NCBI GenBank assembly: GCA_963771275.1
Contig: CAVYSW010000003.1
Coordinates: forward strand, 704,001 to 768,000
From: an uncultured Gemmatimonadales bacterium
GTDB taxonomy: Bacteria; Gemmatimonadota; Gemmatimonadetes; Gemmatimonadales; GWC2-71-9
Length of the DNA: 64,000 nt
Reading direction: 5' to 3'
Below are positions 1 to 9,832 of the stretch, in pieces (positions within the stretch are counted from its first letter, which is position 1; each line of letters begins with the position of its first letter). The notes beneath the pieces were generated by a model. That model saw only the letters and a program-made list of their open reading frames with translations. It made no database searches and was not told the origin of the DNA. The position numbers and the translations under genes were made by a program.

Positions 1-284
1 GGCTCGGCTCCGCGAATCGCCTGAGCGACGGAGGGCTCGCGCGCGCGCCAATGAACGGCGTGTACGGCCCCGACGGCAAGTGGTTGATCGAGCAGATCGG
101 CGTGGTGCCCGACATCGAGGTCGACAACCTGCCGCACGCCACGTTCCAGGGCCAGGACGCGCAGCTCGACGCCGCGGTCAAGTACCTGCTCGACAAGATC
201 AAGCAGGACCCGCGCCCGGTGCCGACCGCGCCGCCGTACCCGAATCGGCGGTTCGACTACAAGCCGGATGGATCGCGACACTGA
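1..284 (+). CDS. C-terminus of tricorn-like S41 peptidase (partial, enters from the left edge)
   Basis: Frame open from position 3: LGSANRLSDGGLARAPMNGVYGPDGKWLIEQIGVVPDIEVDNLP...DAQLDAAV, typical of an S41/tricorn C-terminal segment. Confidence 0.8.
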   Translation, partial: LGSANRLSDGGLARAPMNGVYGPDGKWLIEQIGVVPDIEVDNLPHATFQGQDAQLDAAVKYLLDKIKQDPRPVPTAPPYPNRRFDYKPDGSRH

Positions 285-292
285 GCGACTTG

Positions 293-423
293 GGTGAAAA
301 GTGAGCAGTGAAAAGTGAAAAGCGCTGCCGCTGCGGGCTCCTCGGAGCGTGGCCACCGCGAGGATTGGCCGTCGCAGAATGCCGGTTTCCCTTTTCCCGT
401 CCTTCTTTTCACTTTTCACTTTC
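293..423. repeat. Inverted tandem-heptamer element (GTGAAAA)n...(TTTTCAC)n, copy 1
   Basis: gtgaaaa gtgagca gtgaaaa gtgaaaa (294-321) and ttttcac ttttcac (406-419). Confidence 0.85.
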
Positions 424-445
424 TTCCACGTAGCGAGATGACGTC

Positions 446-2143
446 ATGAAACCCCGCTCGCCTCTCCTCCTCGCCGTCGCGCTCCTCGCCGCCGCCTGCG
501 GCCCCGCGCGATCCGGCTCCGCCCCGTACGACATCGTGATCGAGCACGGCCGCATCGTCGACGGAACGGGCTCCCCCTGGTACGCGGGCGATGTCGCGAT
601 CCGCGGCGGCCGGATCGCGGCCATCGGCCGCCTCGCCAACGCGCCCGCGACCGCCCGGATCGACGCGCGCGGCATGGTCGTGGCCCCCGGGTTCATCGAC
701 ATGCTGGGCCAGTCGGATCTCACGATCCTCGTGAACCCGCACCTTCCCTCCAAGATCTTCCAGGGGATCACCACCGAGATCACGGGCGAAGGCGGCTCGG
801 TGGCGCCGCTCAACGACACGATCGTCACGGCGGATCACGTCTACTACGAGCACCTCGGCATCACCCCCGACTGGCGCACGCTCGACCAGTATTTCGCGCG
901 GCTCGAGCGCCAGGGAATCGGCATCAACTTCGCGACCTACGTGGGGGCGACGCAGGTGCGGCGGATGGTGCTGGGGGACGTCGATCGGGCGCCCACCCCC
1001 GAGCAGCTCCAGCAGATGCAGGACTTGGTGCGCGACGGCATGCGGCAGGGCGCCGTCGGGGTCTCGACTTCGCTGCAGTACGCGCCCGCGCCCTACGCCA
1101 GCACCGCGGAGTTGATCGCACTCGCCTCCGCGGCGGCGGAGTTCGGCGGCATCTACGCCACGCACCTGCGCTCGGAGGGCAACGCCGTGCTGCCGGCGCT
1201 CGACGAGGCAATTCGCATCGGCCGCGAGGCGAGCATCCCGGTCGAGATCTGGCACCTCAAGGCGGCCGGCAAGTCCAACTGGGGCCGGATGGGCGAGATC
1301 GTGGCGAAGATCGACAGCGCCAGGCAGAGCGGCGTGGACGTCACCGCCGACACCTACGCCTACACCGCCTGGTTCAACTCGCTGTCGGCGTTCGTGCCCC
1401 CGTGGGCCCACGACGGGGGAGACGCCAAGATGCTGGAGCGGCTCAAGGACCACGAGATGCGCCAGCGCATTCGCCAGGACATGCTCACGCCCAGCGCCGA
1501 ATGGGACAACGAGTGGCAGGAGATCCCGGGGCCGGAGGCGGTACTGATCAGCGCCGTCCACAACCCGGCGCTGCTGCCGCTTCAGGGGAAACGCCTCGAC
1601 GAAGTCGCGCAGCTCCGCGACAAGGACGCGATCGAGACGTTGCTCGACATTCTCGTCGCGGACGACGCGTACACGTCGGCCGCCGTCTCCGGCATGGCGC
1701 AGCCGGACGTCACGCTCGCCCTTGTCCAGCCGTGGACCTCGGTGGACAACGACTCCCAGGGAACGGCGCCGGACGGCGTGCTCGGCAAGGAGCATCCGCA
1801 CCCCCGCGCATACGGCACGTTCCCGCGCATCCTCAGGAAGTACGTGCGCGAGGAGCACGTGCTCACGCTGGAGGACGCGATCCGGAAGTTCAGCGCGCTG
1901 CCGGCCCAACGGATGCGCCTGACGGACCGCGGCGTGCTGAAGCAGGGCATGTGGGCGGACGTCGTCGTATTCGACCCGGAGCGGATCCGCGACCTCGCGA
2001 CCTTCGAGAACCCCAACCAGCTCTCGGTCGGGATGGCGTACGTGCTGGTGAACGGCGTACCCGTGATTGCGGGCGGCAGGGCGACAGACGCGCTGCCGGG
2101 GAAGGTGCTGCGGGGACCGGGGTACCGGGAGAGCGAGCGGTAG
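446..2143 (+). CDS. N-acyl-D-amino-acid deacylase (amidohydrolase family), lipoprotein
   Basis: Lipobox LLAAAC; GRIVDGTGSPW, VVAPGFIDM, HPHPRAYGTFPR, GMWADVVVFDP motifs. Confidence 0.9.
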   Translation: MKPRSPLLLAVALLAAACGPARSGSAPYDIVIEHGRIVDGTGSPWYAGDVAIRGGRIAAIGRLANAPATARIDARGMVVAPGFIDMLGQSDLTILVNPHLPSKIFQGITTEITGEGGSVAPLNDTIVTADHVYYEHLGITPDWRTLDQYFARLERQGIGINFATYVGATQVRRMVLGDVDRAPTPEQLQQMQDLVRDGMRQGAVGVSTSLQYAPAPYASTAELIALASAAAEFGGIYATHLRSEGNAVLPALDEAIRIGREASIPVEIWHLKAAGKSNWGRMGEIVAKIDSARQSGVDVTADTYAYTAWFNSLSAFVPPWAHDGGDAKMLERLKDHEMRQRIRQDMLTPSAEWDNEWQEIPGPEAVLISAVHNPALLPLQGKRLDEVAQLRDKDAIETLLDILVADDAYTSAAVSGMAQPDVTLALVQPWTSVDNDSQGTAPDGVLGKEHPHPRAYGTFPRILRKYVREEHVLTLEDAIRKFSALPAQRMRLTDRGVLKQGMWADVVVFDPERIRDLATFENPNQLSVGMAYVLVNGVPVIAGGRATDALPGKVLRGPGYRESER

Positions 2144-2167
2144 CGCCGATTCATCGGCAGAGTCGAG

Positions 2168-2189
2168 GGGGCGGCCCGCGGGCCGCCCC
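2168..2189. terminator. Perfect 22-bp GC palindrome between convergent genes, probable terminator
   Basis: ggggcggcccgcgggccgcccc; no clear U-tract. Confidence 0.5.
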
Positions 2190-2212
2190 TGTCGCTGCCG
2201 GCTGTCGATCTC

Positions 2213-2500
2213 CTACCGTCTCATCTCCCATGGCACGTTGACGATCTTCCACTCGCCGTTCCACTTCGCGACCTGGAGATAGTCGATCCAGTCGCGTGCG
2301 ACCACCTTCACGACCGCCGCGTTGCGGAACCCGTCGAGAATCGTGACGTCACGCTGCCGCTCGGCATCACCCGTGTACCAGCCCTCGATGTAGTCGAGCG
2401 CGGTGGCCCGAATCGCCGCCGAATCGGCCGCCGCCTGCGCGCGGAGCGTGGAAGGGAGCCCGGTACACGCAACGAGCAGAGCAATCAGGATGGAACGCAT
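2213..2500 (-). pseudogene. Secreted NTF2-like (SnoaL/lumazine-binding-2) protein with apparent in-frame internal deletion
   Basis: ATALDYIEGWYTGDAER is joined directly to QRDVTILD...WIDYLQVAKWNGEWKIVNV; the central part expected for the family is missing. Confidence 0.6.
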
Positions 2501-2596
2501 TGGTGATCTCCGGGAATGGTCGCTACGGACTCAACGGGAGGCCCGGCGCGGAGGTTTCGGATGCGGAGCCGGACCACGGCGGGCCCCGCTCGGGTG

Positions 2597-3439
2597 CTAC
2601 AGCGGAATCGAGAGGTCGAGCCGGATGCTCACCGCGCGGGCGGAGTGGGTGAGGGCGCCGATCGAGATGTAGCGCGCTCCAGCCCGGGCGTAGGCCGCAG
2701 CGGACTCGGGCGTGATGCCGCCCGACGCCTCGATCGCGACGCCGGGACCGACCCGTCGCACCCAGGCGGCCACGCGCTCCGGCGCCTGGTTGTCGACCAG
2801 CACGCGGCGCGCGCCGGCCGCCAGCGCCGCTGCGAGCTGGGCATCGCTCTCCACCTCGACCGTGACGGGCGTGTCGGCGGGCACCGCCGCCAGCACCTCG
2901 CGCAGCTCCCGGCCGCCCCGCGCCAGCAACTGCCAATGGTTGTCCTTCCAGAGCACCGCATCCGCCAGCGAGAGGCGGTGATTGACCCCGCCGCCCGTGC
3001 GGACGGCGTACTTCTCGAGTGCCCGGAGACCGGGCGTCGTCTTGCGCGTGTCGGTGATCTCGGCGCCCGTTCCGGCGACCGCGTCCACCGCCCGCCGGGT
3101 GAGCGTCGCGATCCCGCTCAGCCGCTGCAGGAAGTTGAGCGCCACCCGCTCACCGGCGAGCAGCGCACGGGCGCGCCCGCGCACGATCGCGATGACGCCG
3201 CCCGGAGCGGCGCGCGCGCCGTCCGGGACCTGCTCCGTGAATTCGACGGTGGGATCGATCTGGCGAAACACCCCGCGCGCCACCGGGCAGCCGGCCACGA
3301 CGCAGGACTCTTCGGCAATGAACCGGCCGACGGCGGGGGTGTCCGCAAGCGCTCCGAGCAGCGCGGTGGTGACGTCGCGGGACGCGGCATCCTCCGCGAG
3401 CGCCCGCCGGACTTCGCCTTGGCCGAGGTCGTCAGCCAA
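2597..3439 (-). CDS. nadC: Quinolinate phosphoribosyltransferase (nicotinate-nucleotide diphosphorylase)
   Basis: ERVALNFLQRLSGIAT, DTRKTTPGLR, NHRLSL, KDNH, EASGGIT, ISIGALTHS. Confidence 0.97.
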   Translation of the reverse strand: MADDLGQGEVRRALAEDAASRDVTTALLGALADTPAVGRFIAEESCVVAGCPVARGVFRQIDPTVEFTEQVPDGARAAPGGVIAIVRGRARALLAGERVALNFLQRLSGIATLTRRAVDAVAGTGAEITDTRKTTPGLRALEKYAVRTGGGVNHRLSLADAVLWKDNHWQLLARGGRELREVLAAVPADTPVTVEVESDAQLAAALAAGARRVLVDNQAPERVAAWVRRVGPGVAIEASGGITPESAAAYARAGARYISIGALTHSARAVSIRLDLSIPL

Positions 3440-4397
3440 TCGCGAGCATCCGGCCGATGGCGCGCCGGGCCCGGGCGGCGGTTTCCTCCGGCACCGTCAC
3501 CCGGTGCTTCAGGTCCCGCAACGAGTCGCGGAGCTTCTCCAGCGTGATCAGCTTCATGTAGTGGCACTCGGCTTCTTCGGCCACCGCATAGAACGTCTTC
3601 CGGGGGTTGTCTTTGCGCAGCCGGTGGAGCACCCCGGTCTCGGTCGCGATCACGAAGGTCTTCGCGTCGGACGCGCGCGCGCGCTGCATCATCTGCTCCG
3701 TCGAGCAGACGTGCATCCGGTTGCCGTTGAGTGATCCTTCGTGATTGAGGTAGTAGAGCGCGCTCGAGATGCAGCCGCATTCCGGGTGGATCAGCAGCTC
3801 GGCGTCCGGCATCTCCCGGCGCTTGGCCTCCACCGCGTCCGGCGTGAGCCCCGCGTGCACGTGGCATTCGCCCAGCCAGATGTCGATGTCCCGGCCCGTG
3901 ACTTCCTTGACGTAGTTCCCGAGAAAGAAATCGGGCAAGAACAGCACCGGGACGCCGGGGGGAAGCGACTTGACGATCGCGACCGCATTGCCCGACGTGC
4001 AGCAGTAGTCCGCCTCGGCCTTCACCGCCGCGCTGGTGTTGACGTAGCACACGACGAGGCCGTCCGGGTGCTGATCGCGCCAGCGCCGCACGTCGCGCGC
4101 CTGGATCGTGTCGGCGAGCGAGCAGCCCGCCGCCGGGTCGGGGATGAGCACCGTCTTCCCCGGGTTCGAGATCGCGGCCGTCTCCGCCATGAAGTACACG
4201 CCGCACAGCACGATCAGGTCGCCGTCGACCTGGGTGCCCTGCCGGGCGAGCTTCAGCGAATCGGCGACGACGTCCGCAAGGTCCTGGATCTCCGGGATCT
4301 GATAGTTGTGCGACAGAATCACGGCGCCGCGCTCGGCCTTGAGCGAGCGGATCTCCGCGATGAGGGCGGCGGTATCCGAGGGGGCGACCGTCGTCAT
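3432..4397 (-). CDS. nadA: Quinolinate synthase
   Basis: ILSHNYQ, CGVYFMAETA, AGCSLAD, YVNTSA, CHVH, HPEC, C.YMKLITL. Confidence 0.97.
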   Translation of the reverse strand: MTTVAPSDTAALIAEIRSLKAERGAVILSHNYQIPEIQDLADVVADSLKLARQGTQVDGDLIVLCGVYFMAETAAISNPGKTVLIPDPAAGCSLADTIQARDVRRWRDQHPDGLVVCYVNTSAAVKAEADYCCTSGNAVAIVKSLPPGVPVLFLPDFFLGNYVKEVTGRDIDIWLGECHVHAGLTPDAVEAKRREMPDAELLIHPECGCISSALYYLNHEGSLNGNRMHVCSTEQMMQRARASDAKTFVIATETGVLHRLRKDNPRKTFYAVAEEAECHYMKLITLEKLRDSLRDLKHRVTVPEETAARARRAIGRMLAIG

Positions 4398-4483
4398 AGG
4401 CTGAGAAACGTAGGAGGAGAAGGCATGGAGCGGTACCCTCCGCCGGGGGGGAGGGTTCCGCGCCGTCCGCCGCCCCCCCCCGC

Positions 4484-5044
4484 TCAGGAGGCCAGCGCCT
4501 CGATCTCCTTCGCCGCGCGGTCGAGGATCTCGCCGATCTGCTTGGCGCGCTCGACGTCGTCGCCCAGTCGCCAGGCCGCCTTGTAGGCCTGCGAGACGAC
4601 GCGTCCCACGGCGCGGTTCACCTCCGGCATCGGCTCGCTTACCACACGCTCGATCGTGTCCGCGATCCGCTCGAAGATGTCCTCCACCGTGCTCTTATGC
4701 TCGTCGAGAAACGCGCGGCCGGCGTCGGTGACCTCGTAGACCTTCTTCCCCTCGACGTCCTTCGCCGTGACCAGGCCCTCGTCCTCGAGCCACTGCAGCG
4801 TGGGGTAGACCGTGCCGGGCGAGGGCTTGTAGCAGCCGCGCGTCCGCTCCTCCAGCGCTTTCATCACTTCGTAGCCGTGCATCGGCTTGTCGCGCAGCAG
4901 CTTGAGGATCACGTACTTCATGTCACCGGACTCGAACCACTGCCCGCGCCAGCGATGACCGCGATGGCCGCGGGCCTGGGTCCCCGCGCCAAACCCGAAG
5001 CCGAACGGGAACCCGAAGAAGTCCCAATCAGAGCGCCTCGTCAT
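4484..5044 (-). CDS. PadR family transcriptional regulator
   Basis: ILKLLRDKPMHGYEVMK...PSPGTVYPTLQWLEDEG...KKVYEVTDAG. Confidence 0.93.
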   Translation of the reverse strand: MTRRSDWDFFGFPFGFGFGAGTQARGHRGHRWRGQWFESGDMKYVILKLLRDKPMHGYEVMKALEERTRGCYKPSPGTVYPTLQWLEDEGLVTAKDVEGKKVYEVTDAGRAFLDEHKSTVEDIFERIADTIERVVSEPMPEVNRAVGRVVSQAYKAAWRLGDDVERAKQIGEILDRAAKEIEALAS

Positions 5045-5060
5045 ATATCCTCCGACATTA

Positions 5061-5112
5061 CGTAAGATGTATCGACAAGATACATCTTACGATATATCGC
5101 GGTAGCAGTCAA
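5061..5112 (-). promoter_or_regulatory. sigma70-like promoter of padR overlapped by palindromic operator(s)
   Basis: Minus strand TTGACT (5112-5107), 17 bp, TAAGAT (5089-5084); perfect 13-bp inverted repeat cgtaagatgtatc-N5-gatacatcttacg (5061-5091); palindrome cgatatatcg (5090-5099). Confidence 0.75.
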
Positions 5113-5126
5113 GCGACCCCGTGGCC

Positions 5127-5160
5127 TTGACGGCAGTGTATCATACTGATATCATATAGC
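5127..5160 (+). promoter_or_regulatory. sigma70-like promoter of the SPFH operon with a TGATATCA palindrome over the -10
   Basis: TTGACG (5127-5132), 17 bp, TATCAT (5150-5155); tgatatca at 5147-5154. Confidence 0.7.
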
Positions 5161-5185
5161 TACCAACCCTTGCTGAGGAAACTCC

Positions 5186-6055
5186 ATGATCCGCGAGATC
5201 AAGCACGACGCGCAGTCCGGCCTCGTCTGGCTGCTGGGCCTCATTCTGGCGACGGGGGCCGACATCTTCGCGTTCGTGCGGTCGATCCAGCTGCAGCAGG
5301 TGCCGCTCATCGTCGCGGCGATCGTCGCGTTCGTCGTCCTGATGATCCTGTTCGGCGGCCTGTTCGTCGTGCACCCCAACGAAGCCAAGGTATTGCAGCT
5401 CTTCGGGCGTTACGTCGGCACCGTGCACGAGCCCGGGCTCAGGTTCGCCAATCCGTTCTTCACCAAACGGAAGATCTCCGTGCGGGTCCGCAACTTCGAG
5501 ACGACCAAGCTCAAGGTGAACGACAAGCGCGGCACCCCGATCGAGATCGCGGCGGTCGTGGTCTGGAAGGTCGTCGACAGCGCCGAGGCGTTCTTCGAGG
5601 TGGACAACTTCGAAGACTACATCCACGTCCAGAGCGAATCCGCGGTCCGGGGGATGGCAACCGACTATCCCTACGACACGTACACCGAGGGCGAGGTCTC
5701 GCTCACCGGCCACCTCAGCGAGATCGCGGAGCGCCTGCAGAAGGAGATCCAGGACCGGCTGGAAAAGGCGGGCATCAAGGTGCTCGAGGCCCGGATCACC
5801 CACCTGGCCTACGCACCGGAGATCGCGGGGCCCATGCTCCAGCGCCAGCAGGCGACCGCGATCATCGCGGCCCGGCAGAAGATCGTGGAGGGCGCGGTCG
5901 GCATGGTCGAGATGGCCCTCGAGATGCTCAGCAAGCAGAACATCGTCCGGCTCGACGAGGAGCGAAAGGCTGCGATGGTGAGCAACCTGCTCGTCGTGCT
6001 GTGTTCCGACCGCGCCGCGACGCCGGTGGTGAACGCCGGCTCGCTCTACACGTGA
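5186..6055 (+). CDS. SPFH (band 7) domain membrane protein
   Basis: Two N-terminal TM segments; [49 protein letters not shown]. Confidence 0.93.
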   Translation: MIREIKHDAQSGLVWLLGLILATGADIFAFVRSIQLQQVPLIVAAIVAFVVLMILFGGLFVVHPNEAKVLQLFGRYVGTVHEPGLRFANPFFTKRKISVRVRNFETTKLKVNDKRGTPIEIAAVVVWKVVDSAEAFFEVDNFEDYIHVQSESAVRGMATDYPYDTYTEGEVSLTGHLSEIAERLQKEIQDRLEKAGIKVLEARITHLAYAPEIAGPMLQRQQATAIIAARQKIVEGAVGMVEMALEMLSKQNIVRLDEERKAAMVSNLLVVLCSDRAATPVVNAGSLYT

Positions 6056-6078
6056 CGGGGGCAGGGCGGTGAGGCGAC

Positions 6079-6273
6079 GTGGCTGAGCGGAAGGCGCTGC
6101 TGATTCGGATCGATCCCCGGGTTCACGAGGCACTCGAGCGGTGGGCCCGGGACGAGTTGCGGAGCGTGAACGCGCAGGTCGAGTTCGCGCTGCGGAGCGC
6201 GCTGCAGCGGGCGGGGAAGCTCCCGGCCGAGCGGACGGACGGACGGACGGTAGGCGAGGGATCGCCGGGCTGA
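6079..6273 (+). CDS. Arc/ribbon-helix-helix DNA-binding protein
   Basis: RKALLIRIDPRVHEALERWARDELRSVNAQVEFALR; usual partner downstream of this SPFH type. Confidence 0.85.
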   Translation: MAERKALLIRIDPRVHEALERWARDELRSVNAQVEFALRSALQRAGKLPAERTDGRTVGEGSPG

Positions 6274-6344
6274 TGCCCCGCATCCCGGGAACGAGAGCGG
6301 CCCCGGGGCGGGGCGCGAACGCGGAGTACGACTCGGAGAACGAC

Positions 6345-7250
6345 ATGGAGCACGCCCTCACGCTGGACCGGGTGACCAAGGCCTTCGGGGACCTGCGGGC
6401 GGTGGACGAGATCTCGCTCGCCGTGCCCCGCGGCACGATCTACGGCTTCCTCGGCCCGAACGGCGCCGGGAAGACCACGGCCCTCCGGATGATCATGAGC
6501 ATCCTCTACCCCGACGCGGGGACCATCGAGGTGCTCGGCCACCAGAACCCGGAGGCGGTGAAGGACCGCCTCGGGTACCTGCCCGAGGAAAAGGGCCTGT
6601 ACAAGAAGATGAAGACGGCTGAGCTGGTCACCTACTTCGGCCGGCTGAAGGGCCTGCCCGCCGCCGTGGCCAATCGCCGGGCGCGGGACATGCTCGGCCG
6701 CTTCGGGCTCGGCGACTGGACCGACAAGAAGTGCGAAACACTCTCGAAGGGAATGAGCCAGAAAGTGCAGATCCTCGCCACGCTGATCCACGAGCCCGAG
6801 CTGGTGATCCTCGACGAGCCGTTCTCGGGGCTCGACCCGGTGAACGTGGACGTCGTACGGGACCTGATCCTCGAGATGAAGCGGGACGGCCGCACGGTGA
6901 TCTTCTCCACCCACGTGATGGAGCAGGCCGAGAAGATCTGCGATGCAATCCTGCTCATCGACCGTGGCCGGAAGGTGCTCGACGGCCCGCTCGCCGAGGT
7001 GAAATCAGGTGGTCCCCGGACGATCGTGCTGGATTATGACGGCGACGGGAGCGTGCTGCGCTCGCTGCCTCGGGTGGCCCGTGTCAACGACTCCGGCAAG
7101 CAAGCCGAGCTGACACTCGCGGACGGCGCCGATCCGCAGGAGGTGCTGCGCCTGCTGGTCGGTCGCCTCATCATTCGCCGGTTCGACACCCGCGAGCCGT
7201 CACTCCACGAGATCTTCGTCCGGGCGGTGGGAGGGCACAGCGATGCGTAA
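6345..7250 (+). CDS. ABC-2 type transporter ATP-binding protein
   Basis: GPNGAGKTT, LSKGMSQK, LDEPFSGLDP, FSTH; start taken at MEHAL after GGAG. Confidence 0.95.
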   Translation: MEHALTLDRVTKAFGDLRAVDEISLAVPRGTIYGFLGPNGAGKTTALRMIMSILYPDAGTIEVLGHQNPEAVKDRLGYLPEEKGLYKKMKTAELVTYFGRLKGLPAAVANRRARDMLGRFGLGDWTDKKCETLSKGMSQKVQILATLIHEPELVILDEPFSGLDPVNVDVVRDLILEMKRDGRTVIFSTHVMEQAEKICDAILLIDRGRKVLDGPLAEVKSGGPRTIVLDYDGDGSVLRSLPRVARVNDSGKQAELTLADGADPQEVLRLLVGRLIIRRFDTREPSLHEIFVRAVGGHSDA

Positions 7251-8535
7251 GCTGTGGCTCGTCGCCCAGCGCGAGTTCCTCGAGAACGTGCGCACCAAGA
7301 GCTTCTGGATCGGGATCCTCATCTTCCCGTTGATCCTGACGCTCAGCGTCGTCATGCCGGCCGTGCTGGAGAAGACGCGGAAGGCGCGCCAATTCGCGGT
7401 GCTGGACCGCTCGGGTTGGGTGCTCGACGCCGTCCGGCCGCAGCTCGCCGGGGCGGAGCGGCGGTTCACCCTCGTCGAGACGACGCTCGCTCCCGACGCT
7501 CCCGCCGCCGAGGACAGCCTCAATCGGCGCGTGCGCGACGAGGAGCTCTTCGCCTACTTCATCATCGGCCCGGACCCGGTCGGGGGGAGCGCCGGGTCAC
7601 AGTACCTCTCGCGCAACCTCACCGACAGCGACCTGCGCGAGTGGTTCGGCGGGGCGGTCACGGCCGCGGTCCGGGCGCGACGGCTGGAACGGGAGCACAT
7701 CGACTCGGCGGTGGCCGCGTGGATCCAGGACCCGCTCCGCTTCGCGGTGCGCAAGGTGAGCGGCGCGGGCGAGGCAGAGGAGGTGACGGCGCGGGATCGT
7801 CTGCGGCAATGGGCACCGCTGGTGTTCGTCTACCTCCTCTGGGTGGCGGTATTCTCGATCTCCCAGATGTTGCTCACCAACACCGTAGAGGAGAAGTCCA
7901 ACCGCATCATCGAGGTGCTGCTTTCGTCGGTCTCGCCGGTCCAGCTGATGGCGGGCAAGATCGTGGGCATTGCGCAGACGGGCTTCACTATCATCACCGC
8001 GTGGATCGTGGCCTTCTTCGCGATCACGAAGTTCGTACCCGGATGGCTGGGGGTACCGACCACCATCGATCTCTCCGTGCTGACGAACGACCCGGTCTAC
8101 CTGACGTCATTCGTCGCGTACTTCCTGCTCGGTTATCTCCTGTTCGCCGCGATGCTCGTGGGGATCGGCGCGGTGTGCAACACCCTGAAGGAAGCGCAGA
8201 ATCTGATGGGGCCTATCACGATCCTGCTGGTGCTCCCGCTGCTCGCGATGGTGCCCATCGGGAGGGATCCCAACGGCACCCTGGCGCAGGTGCTGTCGTT
8301 CATCCCGCCGTTCACGCCGTTCGTGATGATGAACCGGGCGGCGGGGCCGCCGGCACTCTGGGAATACGTCGCGACCACCGCGCTGCTGCTGGTGTCGATC
8401 GCGCTCGCCCTGTGGGCGGCGGCCAAGGTGTTCCGCATTGGCGTGCTGCTCACCGGCAAGCCCCCCAAGCTGGGGCAGATCCTGCGGTGGATCCGCGCGC
8501 CGGTGGGGACGGTGGTGGTGCGGCGGGAACGCTAG
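7243..8535 (+). CDS. ABC-2 type transporter permease (NatB-like)
   Basis: EEKSNRIIEVLLSSV...MAGKIVG, multiple TM segments, IPPFTPFVM. Confidence 0.92.
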   Translation: MRKLWLVAQREFLENVRTKSFWIGILIFPLILTLSVVMPAVLEKTRKARQFAVLDRSGWVLDAVRPQLAGAERRFTLVETTLAPDAPAAEDSLNRRVRDEELFAYFIIGPDPVGGSAGSQYLSRNLTDSDLREWFGGAVTAAVRARRLEREHIDSAVAAWIQDPLRFAVRKVSGAGEAEEVTARDRLRQWAPLVFVYLLWVAVFSISQMLLTNTVEEKSNRIIEVLLSSVSPVQLMAGKIVGIAQTGFTIITAWIVAFFAITKFVPGWLGVPTTIDLSVLTNDPVYLTSFVAYFLLGYLLFAAMLVGIGAVCNTLKEAQNLMGPITILLVLPLLAMVPIGRDPNGTLAQVLSFIPPFTPFVMMNRAAGPPALWEYVATTALLLVSIALALWAAAKVFRIGVLLTGKPPKLGQILRWIRAPVGTVVVRRER

Positions 8536-8582
8536 CCCCACGCCGGAGGCTCCGCGGAGCCGCGCCGCGCAGGCCTCCGGCG

Positions 8583-9059
8583 CTAGCCCCCGCGCTGATA
8601 CGTGCCCACCAGCTCCGCCTGGGCGAGGATGTGCCCCCTCATCGCCGCCTCGAGCTTCGGCTTGATGGGCCGCCCGAGATCTCCGAGCGTGACGTCCAGC
8701 GCGTAGAGTTTGTGGAAGTACCGGTGGCGGCCGATCGGGGGGCACGGCCCGCCGTACCCGGTCCGCTTCCAGTCGTTCGTGCCCTCGCGGGTTCCCGCAG
8801 GCAGGTCCCCGGGCTTCACCGCCTCGGCGAGGCCCGTGGCGCCGGGCGGGATGTCGTACAGCAGCCAGTGCACCCACGTCATGCGCGGCGCTTTGGGGTC
8901 CGGCGCGTCGGGGTCATCCACGATGAGGGCGAGGCTCCTCGTGCGGGGCGGCACGCCGCTCCAGGCGAGGGGCGGCGACCGATCGTCGCCGTCGCACGTG
9001 TACTGCCGGGGAATGGCCCCGCCGGGGAAGAACGCGGGTGACGAAATCGTGAGGGACAA
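8583..9059 (-). CDS. YbhB/YbcL family (PEBP) protein
   Basis: SPPLAW, LIVDDPDAP, WVHW, GYGGPCPP.GRHRY; TTG start at 9059 after GGAGG. Confidence 0.93.
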   Translation of the reverse strand: MSLTISSPAFFPGGAIPRQYTCDGDDRSPPLAWSGVPPRTRSLALIVDDPDAPDPKAPRMTWVHWLLYDIPPGATGLAEAVKPGDLPAGTREGTNDWKRTGYGGPCPPIGRHRYFHKLYALDVTLGDLGRPIKPKLEAAMRGHILAQAELVGTYQRGG

Positions 9060-9179
9060 TGGGACCCTCCAGTTGAAACCCGAGGCGGCTACCTTCGTAT
9101 TCAAACTTACGGCCCGTCGGCGCCCGGGCCAGGCACCCCAGGTGGCGGCCAAACCGGAGTTACGCCCAAGGACCAAGCC

Positions 9180-9704
9180 ATGCGACCGATGACGATCGCC
9201 CTCCCCTCGATTGCCCTCGCCCTGTTCGCCGGGGCGGCTCAGGCCCAGGACGCCCCGAAGGGCTGGGCGTTTGGAGCCACCGGCTACGCCGTATACTGGA
9301 CCGACTCCGGCGCGCCGTTCGACGCGTTCGGCGGGCCCGCGCTGCAGGTCAGCCGTCTCACGCCGCGCGGGCTGGGGTTCGATTTCCGGGGTGGCTACAT
9401 CCTGTCAGCCGGGTTCTACGACATGACCGGCGCGTCCGGGACACTCGGCCTGTCCTACGGCGTCCCGGCCGGCGCCCATCTCGTCCAACTCAAGGCTGGA
9501 GCCGCCGGCTTCCTGGGCGGTGACAGTGATGGCAGCGTGCTGGGAGGCGGCGGGCCGTACGCCGGCGCGGCCGCCACACTCAGGATCGCCGGCAGGTTCG
9601 GCATCCAGGTCGAGGGATTGGCACGATACTACAAGACCGGCGATGGCTGGATCTTCGGGCCCAGCGCCGCGGTGGGACTGATGTTCCTCCCGAGAGGGCG
9701 GTGA
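9180..9704 (+). CDS. Secreted protein, probable small outer-membrane beta-barrel
   Basis: Signal peptide ending AQA; Gly/aromatic-rich alternating strands. Confidence 0.6.
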   Translation: MRPMTIALPSIALALFAGAAQAQDAPKGWAFGATGYAVYWTDSGAPFDAFGGPALQVSRLTPRGLGFDFRGGYILSAGFYDMTGASGTLGLSYGVPAGAHLVQLKAGAAGFLGGDSDGSVLGGGGPYAGAAATLRIAGRFGIQVEGLARYYKTGDGWIFGPSAAVGLMFLPRGR

Positions 9705-9832
9705 GCCGGCGACGGGGAAACGGGAAGAACGGCCTCGCGTCTCCCCGTTTCCTTCTTCTTGCTCCCCCCGTCGAACTTCCCCGCCAACGTCCCACCGTGT
9801 ACAATCGCTCGTCTCCTCAACCCGAGTCCCGA

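Noticed and set aside
4398..4483. NAD+ riboswitch (nadA motif) upstream of nadA
   Set aside because: Only 86 bp with one GC hairpin; I could not match the motif's conserved segments. An Rfam/Infernal scan would settle it
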